This document shows, one piece after another, positions 51,165 through 61,584 of a DNA stretch of 64,000 nt. The position numbers and the translations under genes were made by a program. The first letter of the stretch is position 1; the number at the start of each line of letters is the position of its first letter. Source of the stretch: Synechococcus sp. (lineage in GTDB: Bacteria; Cyanobacteriota; Cyanobacteriia; PCC-6307; Cyanobiaceae); assembly GCA_047285535.1 (NCBI GenBank), contig JBJBDC010000001.1, positions 1,856,136 through 1,920,135 on the forward strand. Direction: 5' to 3'. Below the pieces are notes generated by a model. The model did not search any database. It was not told where the DNA came from and was given only the letters and a program-made list of their open reading frames with translations.

Positions 51165-52598
51165 ATGACAGCCGCTTTCAAACAACCAACGGCTGCTCAA
51201 TCTTTCGGCACTCTGCTCGACAGGGCTCAACGCGCCTGGAATCAGCGTGCAGTCGAGGAGGGCACCTTCAGCATCGCCCTGCCGATTGCCCCTCAGGATC
51301 CTCTGAAGCAGTTGCCATGTCTGGCGGTCGACAGCTCTTTTCGTTTTTTATGGGACAGCGCTCCAGGCCTCTGCCTCGCTGCGGCCGGTCAATGCCAACA
51401 CCTTGAGCTAGCAGGGCCACGGCGATTTGAGCTTGCTCAACGGTTCAGCGACACCACCCTGCAACGCTTGATCGATGCCAGCCCTGAAGCACCGTGCCAG
51501 GCCCGTTCACGGGTCCTGCTGGCCTTCAGCTTCTTTGAACAAAGCAAGGAACAGCAGGGAAATCTTGACACCGTTCCCTGCTTGCAGGCGCTGCTCCCAC
51601 GCTGGCAATTGAGTCGGCACGGCTATCAGAGCTGGTTGCGACTCCATGGCCATGCCTCCGATGCAGCCGATGTGCGTGCCCTCACCGAAACGCTTTGGCA
51701 GATGACCGAGGCGCTCAATGCAATCTCAACTCTTGACCACCCTGCGGATGCAACGATTCTGGGAACGCCTGTGGGCTGCTGGGAAGAGCGCTACCAACCA
51801 GCCCTCGAGCAAGGGCTGAAATTAGTGAACGATGGAGCGCTGCACAAACTGGTGCTGGCAGTGCGTCAGTCGATCGAACTCACCACACCTCTCTCTCCCT
51901 TACCTCTGTTGCGGCGGCTGCGGCATCAGCAGACGGGCAGCTGCCGTTTCCTCTGGCAACGAGGAAGCAACGATGCTTTTTTTGGGGCCTCTCCTGAGCG
52001 TCTGCTCAGCATGCGTAACGGGCGCTTGCGCAGTGATGCCCTGGCCGGGACTGCAGGACGAGGGGAAGGCGGCGACACTCTGATGAAATCGCGCAAGGAC
52101 CGTCATGAGCATGAACTGGTGGTCAAGGCGATTAGCGACAGCCTTGGCGAAAAGGGACTCACCCCCCAAAGGCCTCGGCGTCCCCAGCTGGCACGACATG
52201 GCCATCTGATCCACCTGCATACCCCTATTTGTGCCGATGCCACAGGGCATCAAGCCCTTGCACTCGCAGCAGCACTCCATCCAACTCCTGCAGTCGCAGG
52301 CCTGCCGCGACGCGAGGCCATGCATTGGCTGCAAACGCTTGAACCGTTCGAAAGAGGTGGTTATGCAGCGCCCATCGGTTGGATCGACCAAGCAGGAGAT
52401 GCGGAATTGCGGGTTGCAATCCGCTGCGGACACCTGCGTGGACACCAACTCGAGCTCACCGCCGGTGCAGGGTTGGTACAAGGATCGATTGCGGATCGAG
52501 AACTCCAGGAGGTCAGTCAAAAACTGGCCGTACTCGCCGACCAGCTTGATCTGTACTCAGGGAGCCTGAAGCGAGCGCAATCTCCACTCCATCGATGA
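51165..52598 (+). CDS. menF: isochorismate synthase
   Basis: KLVLA, FFGASPERL, ALAGT, KDRHEH, LHPTPAVAG, AGAGLV; start placed at MTAAF. Confidence 0.92.
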   Translation: MTAAFKQPTAAQSFGTLLDRAQRAWNQRAVEEGTFSIALPIAPQDPLKQLPCLAVDSSFRFLWDSAPGLCLAAAGQCQHLELAGPRRFELAQRFSDTTLQRLIDASPEAPCQARSRVLLAFSFFEQSKEQQGNLDTVPCLQALLPRWQLSRHGYQSWLRLHGHASDAADVRALTETLWQMTEALNAISTLDHPADATILGTPVGCWEERYQPALEQGLKLVNDGALHKLVLAVRQSIELTTPLSPLPLLRRLRHQQTGSCRFLWQRGSNDAFFGASPERLLSMRNGRLRSDALAGTAGRGEGGDTLMKSRKDRHEHELVVKAISDSLGEKGLTPQRPRRPQLARHGHLIHLHTPICADATGHQALALAAALHPTPAVAGLPRREAMHWLQTLEPFERGGYAAPIGWIDQAGDAELRVAIRCGHLRGHQLELTAGAGLVQGSIADRELQEVSQKLAVLADQLDLYSGSLKRAQSPLHR

Positions 52599-54497
52599 CT
52601 GCTTGAGCGCATCACCAAAGGGTTCCGCTCGACCACCAATATGTTTTTGAAGGAAAGCCTCCACCAATGCAATCATCGCAATGGTGTTAAGCGGATTAGT
52701 GAAGAAATGGCCCTCATCAGGAAAAACGATGAAGTCAATTGGTAGTTTCCGAGCCTCCATTGCAGCCCCAATCGCTTCACTTTCCTGCAGATTGACTCTT
52801 GAGTCATTAGCGCCATGAACAAGGAGGAGCGGGCTCTTGATCCGATCGACATGGTTAAGAGGTGAGATCTCATCAAGATCAATCTTTCCAACTCCAATCA
52901 TTCGTTCAAAAGTGGTGCGAATCGATGCCCAGTAGGGGGGAATTGAGGCCAAAAAAGTATTCAAATTTGAAGGTGCCACAGCCGCCACAGCCGCAGAGAA
53001 GAAATCTGAGTCACGGGTCAGGCCAGAGAGTGCGGCATAACCGCCATAAGAGGCACCCATGATCACTAATCGATCAGGGTCAGCGATGCCTTCTGCCACC
53101 ATCCAATTCGCAGCGTCCACTACGTCGTCTTGCATGCGCCCGTACCACTCGGCTTCACCCGCCAGCAAGTGGGCTTTTCCAAACCCGATAGAGCCGCGAT
53201 AATTCACGCTCATTGCATGGTAACCACGATTAGCCAGCAGCTGATGCATGGAATTGAAACCCCAAAAATCCCTGGCATGGGGACCGCCATGCACCAACAC
53301 CACTAAGGGTTGCGGAACTGAGTCTTCAAGCAGAGAACGCGTCAAATAAACAGGCAAGCGCAGGCCATCACGAGCTTGAAGGTCCAGACTCTCCATCGGT
53401 GCAAGAACGAAATCATCAAGACCGGGTTGCACAGAAAACAACTGTCTGTGCTCTTGAAGCTCCCTATCCCAAAGCCAATACTGATCACCTTGCAGGTCTG
53501 AACCAATAACAACCAGCCAGAATCGACCCTTTAAATCGCTATCAACAATCTTGAACTCGTTATGACCTGAAAGAGTTTCAAGAGCTTTCACATCCGATCT
53601 AAGAGACGGATCAAGAACAACATTGCGGCTGCGTAAATCAAACTCCCTCAGCACTCTTGGTTCATTCGTCGCAGGATCAAGGAGAGTTACATCAAGAAGT
53701 CCACTTCCCGAACAATGAACCACCTCAGGGGAGCAGTCACTGGGGCATTGACTTAGCTGAGCGCGGCTCCAACGCACCAATCGAGGATGATCATCTCCAG
53801 TGCTTAGGATTCCGTAGAGCCACAGACCATCTCGGGTGAACCGAGTCGGCATTGAACACATCGTGTCTTCGAATGAGATGTATAAAAACGGTCGCCAACT
53901 TTTATCCCCAGGCAAACGAAGTTCATAAGCACTCCCCCCATCGTCCAAAGGCTTAAAACGCAAAACTGGCTGCCAGGTCCCATCCATCCACTCCACACTC
54001 ACCTGGCTGCCATCATCAGCAGAGAGATCAAGCAATCTTCGCTCACCACTCTCGAGATTGAGCACATAAAGATCGTGATAACGAGCATCACGATCATTCA
54101 GACCAACCACAAGCTCATTTGGAGCTTCTCGGTCTCCCGCCACGAATCTGGCTTGCACTCCTGAATCAGGCGTGAGATCGATGCTTTTTCCAGTCTTTGG
54201 ATCAATGCGAATCAGGACAGTATTTTCATCACCCTGGGTATCGCGGGTAGAGATCAAATAACGACCATCAGGACTCCAAAAAGCGACCTTTTGCGGACAA
54301 CTACTGCTTTTGGTCAATAAACGAGGAACGACATCACCATCAAGATCTTTAACCCAAAGGTTTAAAACCCCTTGAAATGGAGCCAAATAAACAATGCTTC
54401 GACCATCAGGGCTCAAGGTAACGCCTGTGATCTCAGGATTCCCAAAAAGGACCTCACGTGGAATCAGTTGTTGATTACTTACGGGCTTATTCATCAA
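52557..54497 (-). CDS. S9-family peptidase (dipeptidyl/acylaminoacyl peptidase-like)
   Basis: N-terminal propeller-like repeats, VHGGPH, GASYGG nucleophile, NDSRV Asp, DEGH His. Confidence 0.93.
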   Translation of the reverse strand: MMNKPVSNQQLIPREVLFGNPEITGVTLSPDGRSIVYLAPFQGVLNLWVKDLDGDVVPRLLTKSSSCPQKVAFWSPDGRYLISTRDTQGDENTVLIRIDPKTGKSIDLTPDSGVQARFVAGDREAPNELVVGLNDRDARYHDLYVLNLESGERRLLDLSADDGSQVSVEWMDGTWQPVLRFKPLDDGGSAYELRLPGDKSWRPFLYISFEDTMCSMPTRFTRDGLWLYGILSTGDDHPRLVRWSRAQLSQCPSDCSPEVVHCSGSGLLDVTLLDPATNEPRVLREFDLRSRNVVLDPSLRSDVKALETLSGHNEFKIVDSDLKGRFWLVVIGSDLQGDQYWLWDRELQEHRQLFSVQPGLDDFVLAPMESLDLQARDGLRLPVYLTRSLLEDSVPQPLVVLVHGGPHARDFWGFNSMHQLLANRGYHAMSVNYRGSIGFGKAHLLAGEAEWYGRMQDDVVDAANWMVAEGIADPDRLVIMGASYGGYAALSGLTRDSDFFSAAVAAVAPSNLNTFLASIPPYWASIRTTFERMIGVGKIDLDEISPLNHVDRIKSPLLLVHGANDSRVNLQESEAIGAAMEARKLPIDFIVFPDEGHFFTNPLNTIAMIALVEAFLQKHIGGRAEPFGDALKQSSMEWRLRSLQAP

Positions 54498-54619
54498 CTC
54501 AACCCTAACAAAAGCCTATGAATGAAGAGAATCTGATCCCTATTTCAAAAACATTACTCAGGTCTTTTGTTGTCAACCACTTCATCTCGATGGAAGAAAC
54601 GGACCCAATCACATTCAAC

Positions 54620-55558
54620 CTATGAGGACTGAGTGGCGGAGGAGCCACTCAACCGCTCAATCACCATGTCGGCCAACGGCACCTTCATCAGGCGTTCCAC
54701 CTCACGAATGCCCGTTGGACTGGTGACATTGATTTCACTGAGCATCCCGCCGATCACGTCGATCCCCACAAAGAACAACCCCTCCGAGCGCAACGCCGGA
54801 GCCAAGGCCTCACAGATCAAACGTTCGCGCTCCGTGAGCTCCGTGGCTTCGGGATGTCCTCCAACGGCGAGATTACTGCGAAATTCCCCTTCCTTTGGCT
54901 TGCGGTTCACAGCTCCCAGTGGTTCTCCATCAACAAGAAGGATGCGCTTATCGCCCTCAGTGACGGCAGGCAGAAAGCGTTGAGCCATCACCGGAAGCGA
55001 GCCCTGATCGGTTACAAGTTCAAGCAACGCCCCGAGTCCGGGTGCTGACGCTGAGACGCGCACAACACCTAAACCAGCACGACCCCCGAGGGGCTTGAGC
55101 ACCACTTCCTCTTGTTCACGCGCAAACGCGAAAAGCTCTGAAATGCGTCCTGACACCAGCGTTGGAGCCATCCAGCGGCTGAAGCGCAAGGCACCAAGCT
55201 TTTCATTCCAACCCCGTAGGGAAGCCGGACGGTTCAGGACCAATCCACCCGCTCGCTCTGCCACATCGAGAAGATGAGTGGCATACAGGTAGGCCTCATC
55301 AACGGGAGGATCTTTCCGCATCCAAATGGCCCCAAAACGATGCAGCGAGCATCGTGCTGGGTCTCCGATGCTCACCCAGGGATCGGGCTGCACCGGCACA
55401 GCGACCACCAAGGGCTCATCTCCCAACGCAATCAAATCTGCAGGCGTGGAAGCCCAGATTTCATGCCCAGCACGCTGCGCCGCCTGCATCAACGCTGCTG
55501 TGGAGTCCTTTTGTGGATTAATCCGATCAAGCGGATCCAGTACAAAAAGCTGGCGCAT
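54620..55558 (-). CDS. gshB: glutathione synthetase
   Basis: [37 protein letters not shown]. Confidence 0.96.
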   Translation of the reverse strand: MRQLFVLDPLDRINPQKDSTAALMQAAQRAGHEIWASTPADLIALGDEPLVVAVPVQPDPWVSIGDPARCSLHRFGAIWMRKDPPVDEAYLYATHLLDVAERAGGLVLNRPASLRGWNEKLGALRFSRWMAPTLVSGRISELFAFAREQEEVVLKPLGGRAGLGVVRVSASAPGLGALLELVTDQGSLPVMAQRFLPAVTEGDKRILLVDGEPLGAVNRKPKEGEFRSNLAVGGHPEATELTERERLICEALAPALRSEGLFFVGIDVIGGMLSEINVTSPTGIREVERLMKVPLADMVIERLSGSSATQSS

Positions 55559-55569
55559 TTTGGATTCAG

Positions 55570-55833
55570 TCAGAGCGAGCCTGCAAGTAGGGCATCGAGC
55601 TTCCCTGCTCGTTCAAGCGAATGAAGTTCATCGCAATCGCCAACATGCTGATCGTCGATGAAGATCTGAGGGACACTGCGTCGTCCATTGCCTCGAGCTG
55701 CCATCGCATCACGGGCCTGCTCATCGCCGTCGACTGAATGCTCGGTGTAGTCAACGCCTTTGCGATCCAGCAACTGCTTGGCGCGGATACAAAAAGGGCA
55801 GGTGCGCCAGGTGTAGATCTCGACGCTGGGCAT
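55570..55833 (-). CDS. grxC: glutaredoxin 3
   Basis: CPFC active site, SVPQIFI. Confidence 0.95.
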   Translation of the reverse strand: MPSVEIYTWRTCPFCIRAKQLLDRKGVDYTEHSVDGDEQARDAMAARGNGRRSVPQIFIDDQHVGDCDELHSLERAGKLDALLAGSL

Positions 55834-55886
55834 GTAGGGCTCATCATGGAATTCGAATCCTATTCAGGGGTGACCACTTCACAGCG

Positions 55887-56681
55887 ATGGCCATCCGCCC
55901 CCTGTCAGCCGCGCAGATCCGTAACGCCCTCCAGGTGGGCTTTGCAGGCTTTTTGGCAGGTGGATTATTTCTGTTCGCGGGCTCCAATGCCACACGCATC
56001 GATGCCTTCTATCTGGCGTATGGAGTGGCTCGTAGCCTCCTACCCACCCCTGAAGCCTCTCTGAAGGCCGCCCGTGCACGGGTGCTTGGCACGGTGTTCG
56101 GCGGCTTGGTTGTCGTACTGCTGATGCAGTCCCTCAATAACTGGCTAGCCGTCGGGATTGGCTATGTGCTGATCAAACTGGTCGGACAACGACTCGGCTT
56201 CGATCAGGCCACCCTGATGAATGCCGTGATCATGGCCGTACTGCTGGTGGCCGTTCCTGACTATCAAGCGATGGGTGGGCTGTACGTGCTCTACCGAAGC
56301 TTGTGGCACCTGGTGGGTCTGATGATCGGCATGACCGTCGAACGGCTGTTCTGGTTCAAACCGCTGCTGAAGCGATTGCAGCAGAGCGAATGGCATCTGA
56401 TTCAGCAGCTGCAAGATCTTTTGGATCAGAAACCAGCCCAGCGGCACCAAGAACTCATTCAGGCCTATTCGGCCCATTGCACACTGCGAAGTCTTGTGCT
56501 CAGCAGTGATCAATCCCACCAATTGACGACATCTGACTCTCAGGAACGCCAGGAGTGGCTGGAACAGGCGGTGCGTCACGGAGTCGCGCGTCAGCGGGTG
56601 CCAGAACAGCTGGAAGCGATCGACGCCGAGAGTTGCCGTGAAGCCCTGCATCAGTTGAAGAGCTGCGGTGGTTCGGCATGA
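55887..56681 (+). CDS. FUSC/aromatic-acid-exporter-like membrane protein
   Basis: N-terminal TM bundle with ARARVLGTVFGG and a helical soluble C-terminus. Confidence 0.65.
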   Translation: MAIRPLSAAQIRNALQVGFAGFLAGGLFLFAGSNATRIDAFYLAYGVARSLLPTPEASLKAARARVLGTVFGGLVVVLLMQSLNNWLAVGIGYVLIKLVGQRLGFDQATLMNAVIMAVLLVAVPDYQAMGGLYVLYRSLWHLVGLMIGMTVERLFWFKPLLKRLQQSEWHLIQQLQDLLDQKPAQRHQELIQAYSAHCTLRSLVLSSDQSHQLTTSDSQERQEWLEQAVRHGVARQRVPEQLEAIDAESCREALHQLKSCGGSA

Positions 56682-57727
56682 CTCCCACTCCCCAGCTGGC
56701 CCTGGTCTTGCGAAACGGTCTATTGCTGATGCTGTTTCTGGCCGCGGTGAATCGCGTGGGCCTGCCGGAGGGGTTGTTCCTGGCCCTGGCCATCCTGGTG
56801 GTGCTGGAGGCGGATCTCGGCGGCGGCGTCATCGCTGGACGGGAAAGGATGGTGGGCAGCCTGATGGGGCTGCTTTCCGTGGTCATCACGTCAGGGGTAT
56901 CAGCCCTGATCCCACTGCCGGCCAGGCTGTTTGGCGGGCTTCTCATGGTGCGTCTCTTCAGCTTCAGTGCCGGTCTGAGCAGCGGTTACATCGTGGGCGG
57001 CCACGTGGTGGCAGGAAGTCTGCTGCACCATCCGAATGACTGGTGGTATTACGCCTTTTGGCGCACGATGATGACGATTCTGGGAGTGTTCATCGGGGTT
57101 CTGCTGTCTCGACATGTGTACAGCCAGCGCACCGTGAGTGCCTGGCGGCTGCGCTGCGATCGCTGGATCCAAGATCTTGCTGAAGGTCTAACCGACCTGC
57201 ACACACGGCCAGACCATGAACGCCACTACCTCGAGCTGCGTGAACGCCGCAATGCCCTGCGGCGGGGCCTCCCGCAAATGATCGCGGAGCAACGTGTGAC
57301 CCGCACTCGCCGGGACACGGTGCAATGGGCCCAGCAGATCCTGCACCATGGCAGCTCCGTGATGAGCTGCTGCCGCGATCTCAGCCTGCTGCTGAGACGT
57401 GATCAGCAGTTGCCTCCAGAGCTGACCACAACAATCCATGATCTGCAGACGGTGGGACAGCAGCGTTTACATCAGCTCTGTTCCGGCACCCTTCCCCAAG
57501 GGTCGGACACCACTCTGGAGGCACTGCAACAGCGACTGCAACGGGCCGTAGAAACCTCTCTGCTGCAACAAGAGGCGGAGACTGGACGCGATGCCAGCCT
57601 GGACTCCACAATCGACTCGCGGCAGCGTCACTTGCTGGCAAGTCGGCTGCTGCTTCTCAGCGATGCCCTTGGTCAGCTACCAACGAGTTGGGGACTGCCT
57701 TGCGCTGAGATTGCAGACAGATACTGA
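56678..57727 (+). CDS. FUSC/aromatic-acid-exporter-like membrane protein
   Basis: TM bundle with [11 protein letters not shown] and [14 protein letters not shown] overlap with the upstream gene. Confidence 0.65.
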   Translation: MTPTPQLALVLRNGLLLMLFLAAVNRVGLPEGLFLALAILVVLEADLGGGVIAGRERMVGSLMGLLSVVITSGVSALIPLPARLFGGLLMVRLFSFSAGLSSGYIVGGHVVAGSLLHHPNDWWYYAFWRTMMTILGVFIGVLLSRHVYSQRTVSAWRLRCDRWIQDLAEGLTDLHTRPDHERHYLELRERRNALRRGLPQMIAEQRVTRTRRDTVQWAQQILHHGSSVMSCCRDLSLLLRRDQQLPPELTTTIHDLQTVGQQRLHQLCSGTLPQGSDTTLEALQQRLQRAVETSLLQQEAETGRDASLDSTIDSRQRHLLASRLLLLSDALGQLPTSWGLPCAEIADRY

Positions 57728-57769
57728 GACCGCTGCTGATAAGGTCGCGACAACGTTCAACGCATTCCG

Positions 57770-58898
57770 TTGCTCGACCTCACAGACTTCAAACGCGATC
57801 TTTCCGAGCTCACTGACCGCCTGGGCCATGCCCAGGACTGTCTTTGACGTACCTGCACTCAACGCCAGGCAGCAGGATCTCGAACAACTCGCGGCTCAGC
57901 CCGATTTTTGGGACGATCAGCAAAACGCCCAGAAGCAGATGCGGCGCCTTGATGAAGTGAAGGCGCAACTGCAGCAACTGGTGGATTGGCGCAGAGCTGT
58001 GGACGATGGACAGGCCACTCTCGAGCTCTATGAGTTGGAGCCCGATGAAGACATCCTCAGCGAGGCGCAACAGGGACTCGATCAGCTACGCCTGGGTCTC
58101 GATCGCTGGGAGTTGGAGCGCCTTCTCAACGGTGAATACGACAAGGAAGGTGCTGTCTTAAGCATCAACGCCGGAGCCGGAGGCACGGATGCCCAGGACT
58201 GGGCCCAGATGCTGTTGCGCATGTACACACGCTGGGCAGAAGACCAAGGCATGCGAGTGAGCGTGGATGAGCTGTCTGAAGGAGAGGAAGCTGGAATCAA
58301 AAGCGCCACCATTGAGATCGAAGGTCGCTACGCCTACGGCTACTTACGGAACGAAAAAGGGACGCATCGACTGGTTCGCATCTCGCCATTCAATGCCAAC
58401 GACAAGCGTCAAACAAGCTTTGCAGGCGTGGAAGTGATGCCCAAACTTGAGCAAGAGATTGAGCTTGATATCCCGGAAAAAGATCTAGAAATCACCACCT
58501 CCCGTTCAGGAGGTGCAGGTGGACAGAATGTGAACAAGGTTGAAACGGCGGTGCGGATCCTCCACGTTCCAACCGGTCTTGCTGTGCGCTGCACCCAAGA
58601 GCGCTCCCAGCTCCAGAACAAGGAGAAAGCCATGGCCCAGCTCAAGGCAAAGTTACTGGTGATTGCCCAGGAGCAACGGGCGTCGGAAATTGCCGACATC
58701 CGCGGAGACATCGTGGAGGCAGCCTGGGGCAATCAGATCCGCAACTACGTCTTCCATCCCTATCAGATGGTCAAAGACCTGCGCACCCAAGAAGAAACGA
58801 CCGATGTGCAAGGCGTCATGAATGGAGATCTCAACCCGTTCATCCAGGCGCTGCTCCGCGAAGGTGTAGATCGCCCAGGCAGCGACGACGACCACTGA
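57770..58898 (+). CDS. prfB: peptide chain release factor 2 (programmed +1 frameshift)
   Basis: TTG 57770 [25 protein letters not shown], then CTT TGA C, continuing in the +1 frame as DVPALNA...; SPF and GGQ motifs present. Confidence 0.96.
57834..57848 (+). promoter_or_regulatory. RF2 +1 frameshift site
   Basis: AGGAC TGT CTT TGA C: a weak internal SD-like element followed by the canonical CTTTGAC shift site. Confidence 0.92.
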
Positions 58899-58924
58899 CC
58901 GAGGTCCCCCATCACGCTCTCCTC

Positions 58925-59140
58925 ATGACACAGGCTTCCGGACACGACAGCAGCAACACCTCCAAGCCCAAACGAGACGATCCAGGAGCACCACCTCCGA
59001 GTTTCGTGAAACTGGCCATGCGCAACATGGTGCGCAAGGGTCGTCAGAGCCTGGTTCATTTCGGCCTGACCGCAGCAGGCTTGATTGGTTTCATCCTTCT
59101 CGTGGCCTGGATCGGTCGACCGACGCTGCCGCCATCGTGA
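58925..59140 (+). CDS. DUF3285-family small protein
   Basis: PPPSFVKLAMRNMVRKG..SL.HFGLT plus a TM helix. Confidence 0.85.
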   Translation: MTQASGHDSSNTSKPKRDDPGAPPPSFVKLAMRNMVRKGRQSLVHFGLTAAGLIGFILLVAWIGRPTLPPS

Positions 59141-59697
59141 CCGCCTCAGGAGTCCCCGCTGCCATGATCCACCTCGACCTGGCCTTCAACCCAGCGGCGA
59201 CCGAGCTCCACCATGCTGCTGATAACGAAACCACCCGATCCAGGCTGCAACAGGCCAACGACTGGGAGGACGAGTTGTGCCGTTGGATTGAAGTCTTGCG
59301 TCAGGACCCAGCAGGCCACTGTCCCGACATGATCAGGACCTGCAGCTCGATCAGTCTGGGCTTGTCTCTGATCGATGACGCCAGCATCGCCGAACTCAAT
59401 CGGCGCTGGCGCCAGCAACCCAGCCCTACCGATGTGCTCTCCTTTGCCGCCCTGGAGGGTGATATGCCGATGGGTGCAGGCGAGGACCTTGAGCTGGGGG
59501 ACATTGTTGTGTCGGTCCCCACGGCCCGTCGCCAGGCTGTTGAGCAGGAGCATGGCCTAGAGAGAGAACTCAGGTGGCTGGTCAGTCACGGGCTTCTACA
59601 TCTGCTGGGCTGGGATCATCCCGATGAAGTCTCCCTGGCTGCGATGCTGGACAAACAGGAGCGTCTTCTTGAAATGGGCGGTAACGTTCAAGCCTGA
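59137..59697 (+). CDS. ybeY: rRNA maturation RNase
   Basis: PTDVLSF, LGDIVVS, HGLLHLLGWDH. Confidence 0.95.
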   Translation: MTASGVPAAMIHLDLAFNPAATELHHAADNETTRSRLQQANDWEDELCRWIEVLRQDPAGHCPDMIRTCSSISLGLSLIDDASIAELNRRWRQQPSPTDVLSFAALEGDMPMGAGEDLELGDIVVSVPTARRQAVEQEHGLERELRWLVSHGLLHLLGWDHPDEVSLAAMLDKQERLLEMGGNVQA

Positions 59698-59710
59698 GGT
59701 GAGATCAACT

Positions 59711-60196
59711 GTGAATCAGCAGATGAAGTCACTGCTGAACCCTGAGAACGGAGCACCGTTGCCCGAGGAGATCAGTCAGCGCAGCACCCACAAAGCCCAC
59801 CGTGCCGCCAAACGAGGCGCCTGGCGTATTGCCGGAGATCTGCCCTCCAGCTTCCGCTATGCAGCCCAAGGTCTTGGCTACGGCTTCATTAGCCAAAGGA
59901 ACTTCCGCATTCACGTTTGCGCTGGAGCGTTGGTCTTAGGGATGGGGCTTTGGCTGCAGCTGCCATCCATCCAGCTGGCGGTGTTGGTGCTGACGGTGGC
60001 TGTTGTGCTGGTGCTGGAGCTGCTCAACACCGCCATCGAGGCCGTGGTGGACTTGGCGATCGGCCGCCGTTTCCATCCCCTAGCCAGAATTGCCAAAGAT
60101 TGTGCTGCAGCGGCGGTGCTTGTCTCCGCGATCAGTTCAATGATGATCGCGCTCCTTTTGATCGTCCCCCCCCTACTCCTGCGCCTGGGCTTCTGA
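59711..60196 (+). CDS. dgkA: diacylglycerol kinase family protein
   Basis: [37 protein letters not shown]; start uncertain. Confidence 0.9.
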   Translation: MNQQMKSLLNPENGAPLPEEISQRSTHKAHRAAKRGAWRIAGDLPSSFRYAAQGLGYGFISQRNFRIHVCAGALVLGMGLWLQLPSIQLAVLVLTVAVVLVLELLNTAIEAVVDLAIGRRFHPLARIAKDCAAAAVLVSAISSMMIALLLIVPPLLLRLGF

Positions 60197-60198
60197 GC

Positions 60199-60795
60199 AT
60201 GCTCCTGGTTATCGACAATTACGACAGCTTCACCTTCAACCTGGTGCAGTACCTCGGGGAGCTGGCCAGCCAATTTCCAGTGGCTACCGACGTACGCGTG
60301 GAGCGCAACGACGCCCTGACCCTTGAGGAGATTCGCGCCCTCAATCCATCCGCCATCTTGCTTTCACCAGGCCCAGGCGATCCGAATCAAGCCGGGATTT
60401 GCCTCGACGTTCTGCGTCAGCTCTCCCCCACCATCCCGACGCTTGGCGTCTGCCTGGGCCATCAATCACTCGCCCAGGCCTACGGAGGGAGAATTGTGAG
60501 AGCCAGCGAACTGATGCACGGGAAAACATCGCCTGTTCAGCATCGAGGGGAAGGCGTCTTCGCCGGACTGCCCCAACCCCTCAACGCGACGCGTTATCAC
60601 AGCCTGATTGCCGAAAGCAAAACGCTTCCCGAGTGTCTCGAGGTCACCGCCTGGCTGGAAGACGGAACGATCATGGGGCTGCGCCATCGCGACTATCCCC
60701 ATTTGCAGGGAGTGCAGTTCCACCCTGAAAGTGTGCTCACGGAAGCTGGGCACAAGCTGCTTGCCAACTTCCTACGTCAAACAGAGCTCAAGTGA
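60199..60795 (+). CDS. trpG: anthranilate/aminodeoxychorismate synthase component II
   Basis: [35 protein letters not shown]. Confidence 0.92.
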   Translation: MLLVIDNYDSFTFNLVQYLGELASQFPVATDVRVERNDALTLEEIRALNPSAILLSPGPGDPNQAGICLDVLRQLSPTIPTLGVCLGHQSLAQAYGGRIVRASELMHGKTSPVQHRGEGVFAGLPQPLNATRYHSLIAESKTLPECLEVTAWLEDGTIMGLRHRDYPHLQGVQFHPESVLTEAGHKLLANFLRQTELK

Positions 60796-60833
60796 CATCA
60801 CTGCTAACTTCCTGATCCAGAAGTCGATCAACC

Positions 60834-61571
60834 ATGTCGGTGCACCAAAGGGTTCAGAGTTTGTCTCGCACCGTGCTGAGTGGTTCTGCTGTCCTCGCCA
60901 TTGGTGTTTGGATCCCAGCTCAGGCCGCAGGCGTGAGCATCACCAATTACGGACATAGCGCCCTGCTGATCCGCGGAGGTGGCCAATCCGTCATGGTCAA
61001 TCCATTTCGAGCCGTGGGTTGCGCCAAGGGACTTGCCGAACCACGGGTGAACGCGACGGTGATCCTCGCCAGTTCGGAACTGCCTGATGAGGGAGCTCGT
61101 ACTGGGGGTGGCACCTACCTGGTCAAGCCGGGCTCTTACCGCGTCGGTGGCCTCAAAATTGAAGGGTTCGCCGCACCCCATGACCGCCTGGGTGGTCGTC
61201 GCTTTGGCCAGTCCACGTTGTGGCGATGGCAACAGGCAGGGCTCAGCTTTGCCCATCTCGGCGGCACGGCCGCCACACTCAGCGGTGAGGACAAAGTGCT
61301 GTTAGGGCGACCGGATGTCTTGATCATTGGTGTTGGCGGCGGTGGCAAGGTCTACAACGGTGAGGAAGCCGCCAATGTGGTGCGAGCACTGAACCCCCGC
61401 CGGGTGATTCCCGTTCAGTACATCAAGGGTGAGCCACCGGCTGGATGTGACCTCGGCGATGTGCAGCCTTTTTTAGACGCGATGGCGGGTACCAAGGTGC
61501 GCAAGGTGGGTCCAAGCCTCAATCTGCCTGCAAACCTTGGCGACACCATGGTGATCGACGTGATGCGCTGA
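60834..61571 (+). CDS. metallo-beta-lactamase-fold protein with signal peptide
   Basis: YGHSALLI, HDRLGGRRFG, AHLG, PRRVIPVQY; several canonical metal ligands appear degenerate. Confidence 0.8.
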   Translation: MSVHQRVQSLSRTVLSGSAVLAIGVWIPAQAAGVSITNYGHSALLIRGGGQSVMVNPFRAVGCAKGLAEPRVNATVILASSELPDEGARTGGGTYLVKPGSYRVGGLKIEGFAAPHDRLGGRRFGQSTLWRWQQAGLSFAHLGGTAATLSGEDKVLLGRPDVLIIGVGGGGKVYNGEEAANVVRALNPRRVIPVQYIKGEPPAGCDLGDVQPFLDAMAGTKVRKVGPSLNLPANLGDTMVIDVMR

Positions 61572-61584
61572 GATCAATCAACAC

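Noticed and set aside
57591..57769. N-terminal extension of the 435-aa prfB ORF
   Set aside because: It overlaps the upstream gene; the true N-terminus is in another frame, joined by the programmed frameshift.
59917..60198. Apparent N-terminal fusion on trpG/pabA
   Set aside because: It is an alternate frame of dgkA; the canonical start [11 protein letters not shown] is at 60199.
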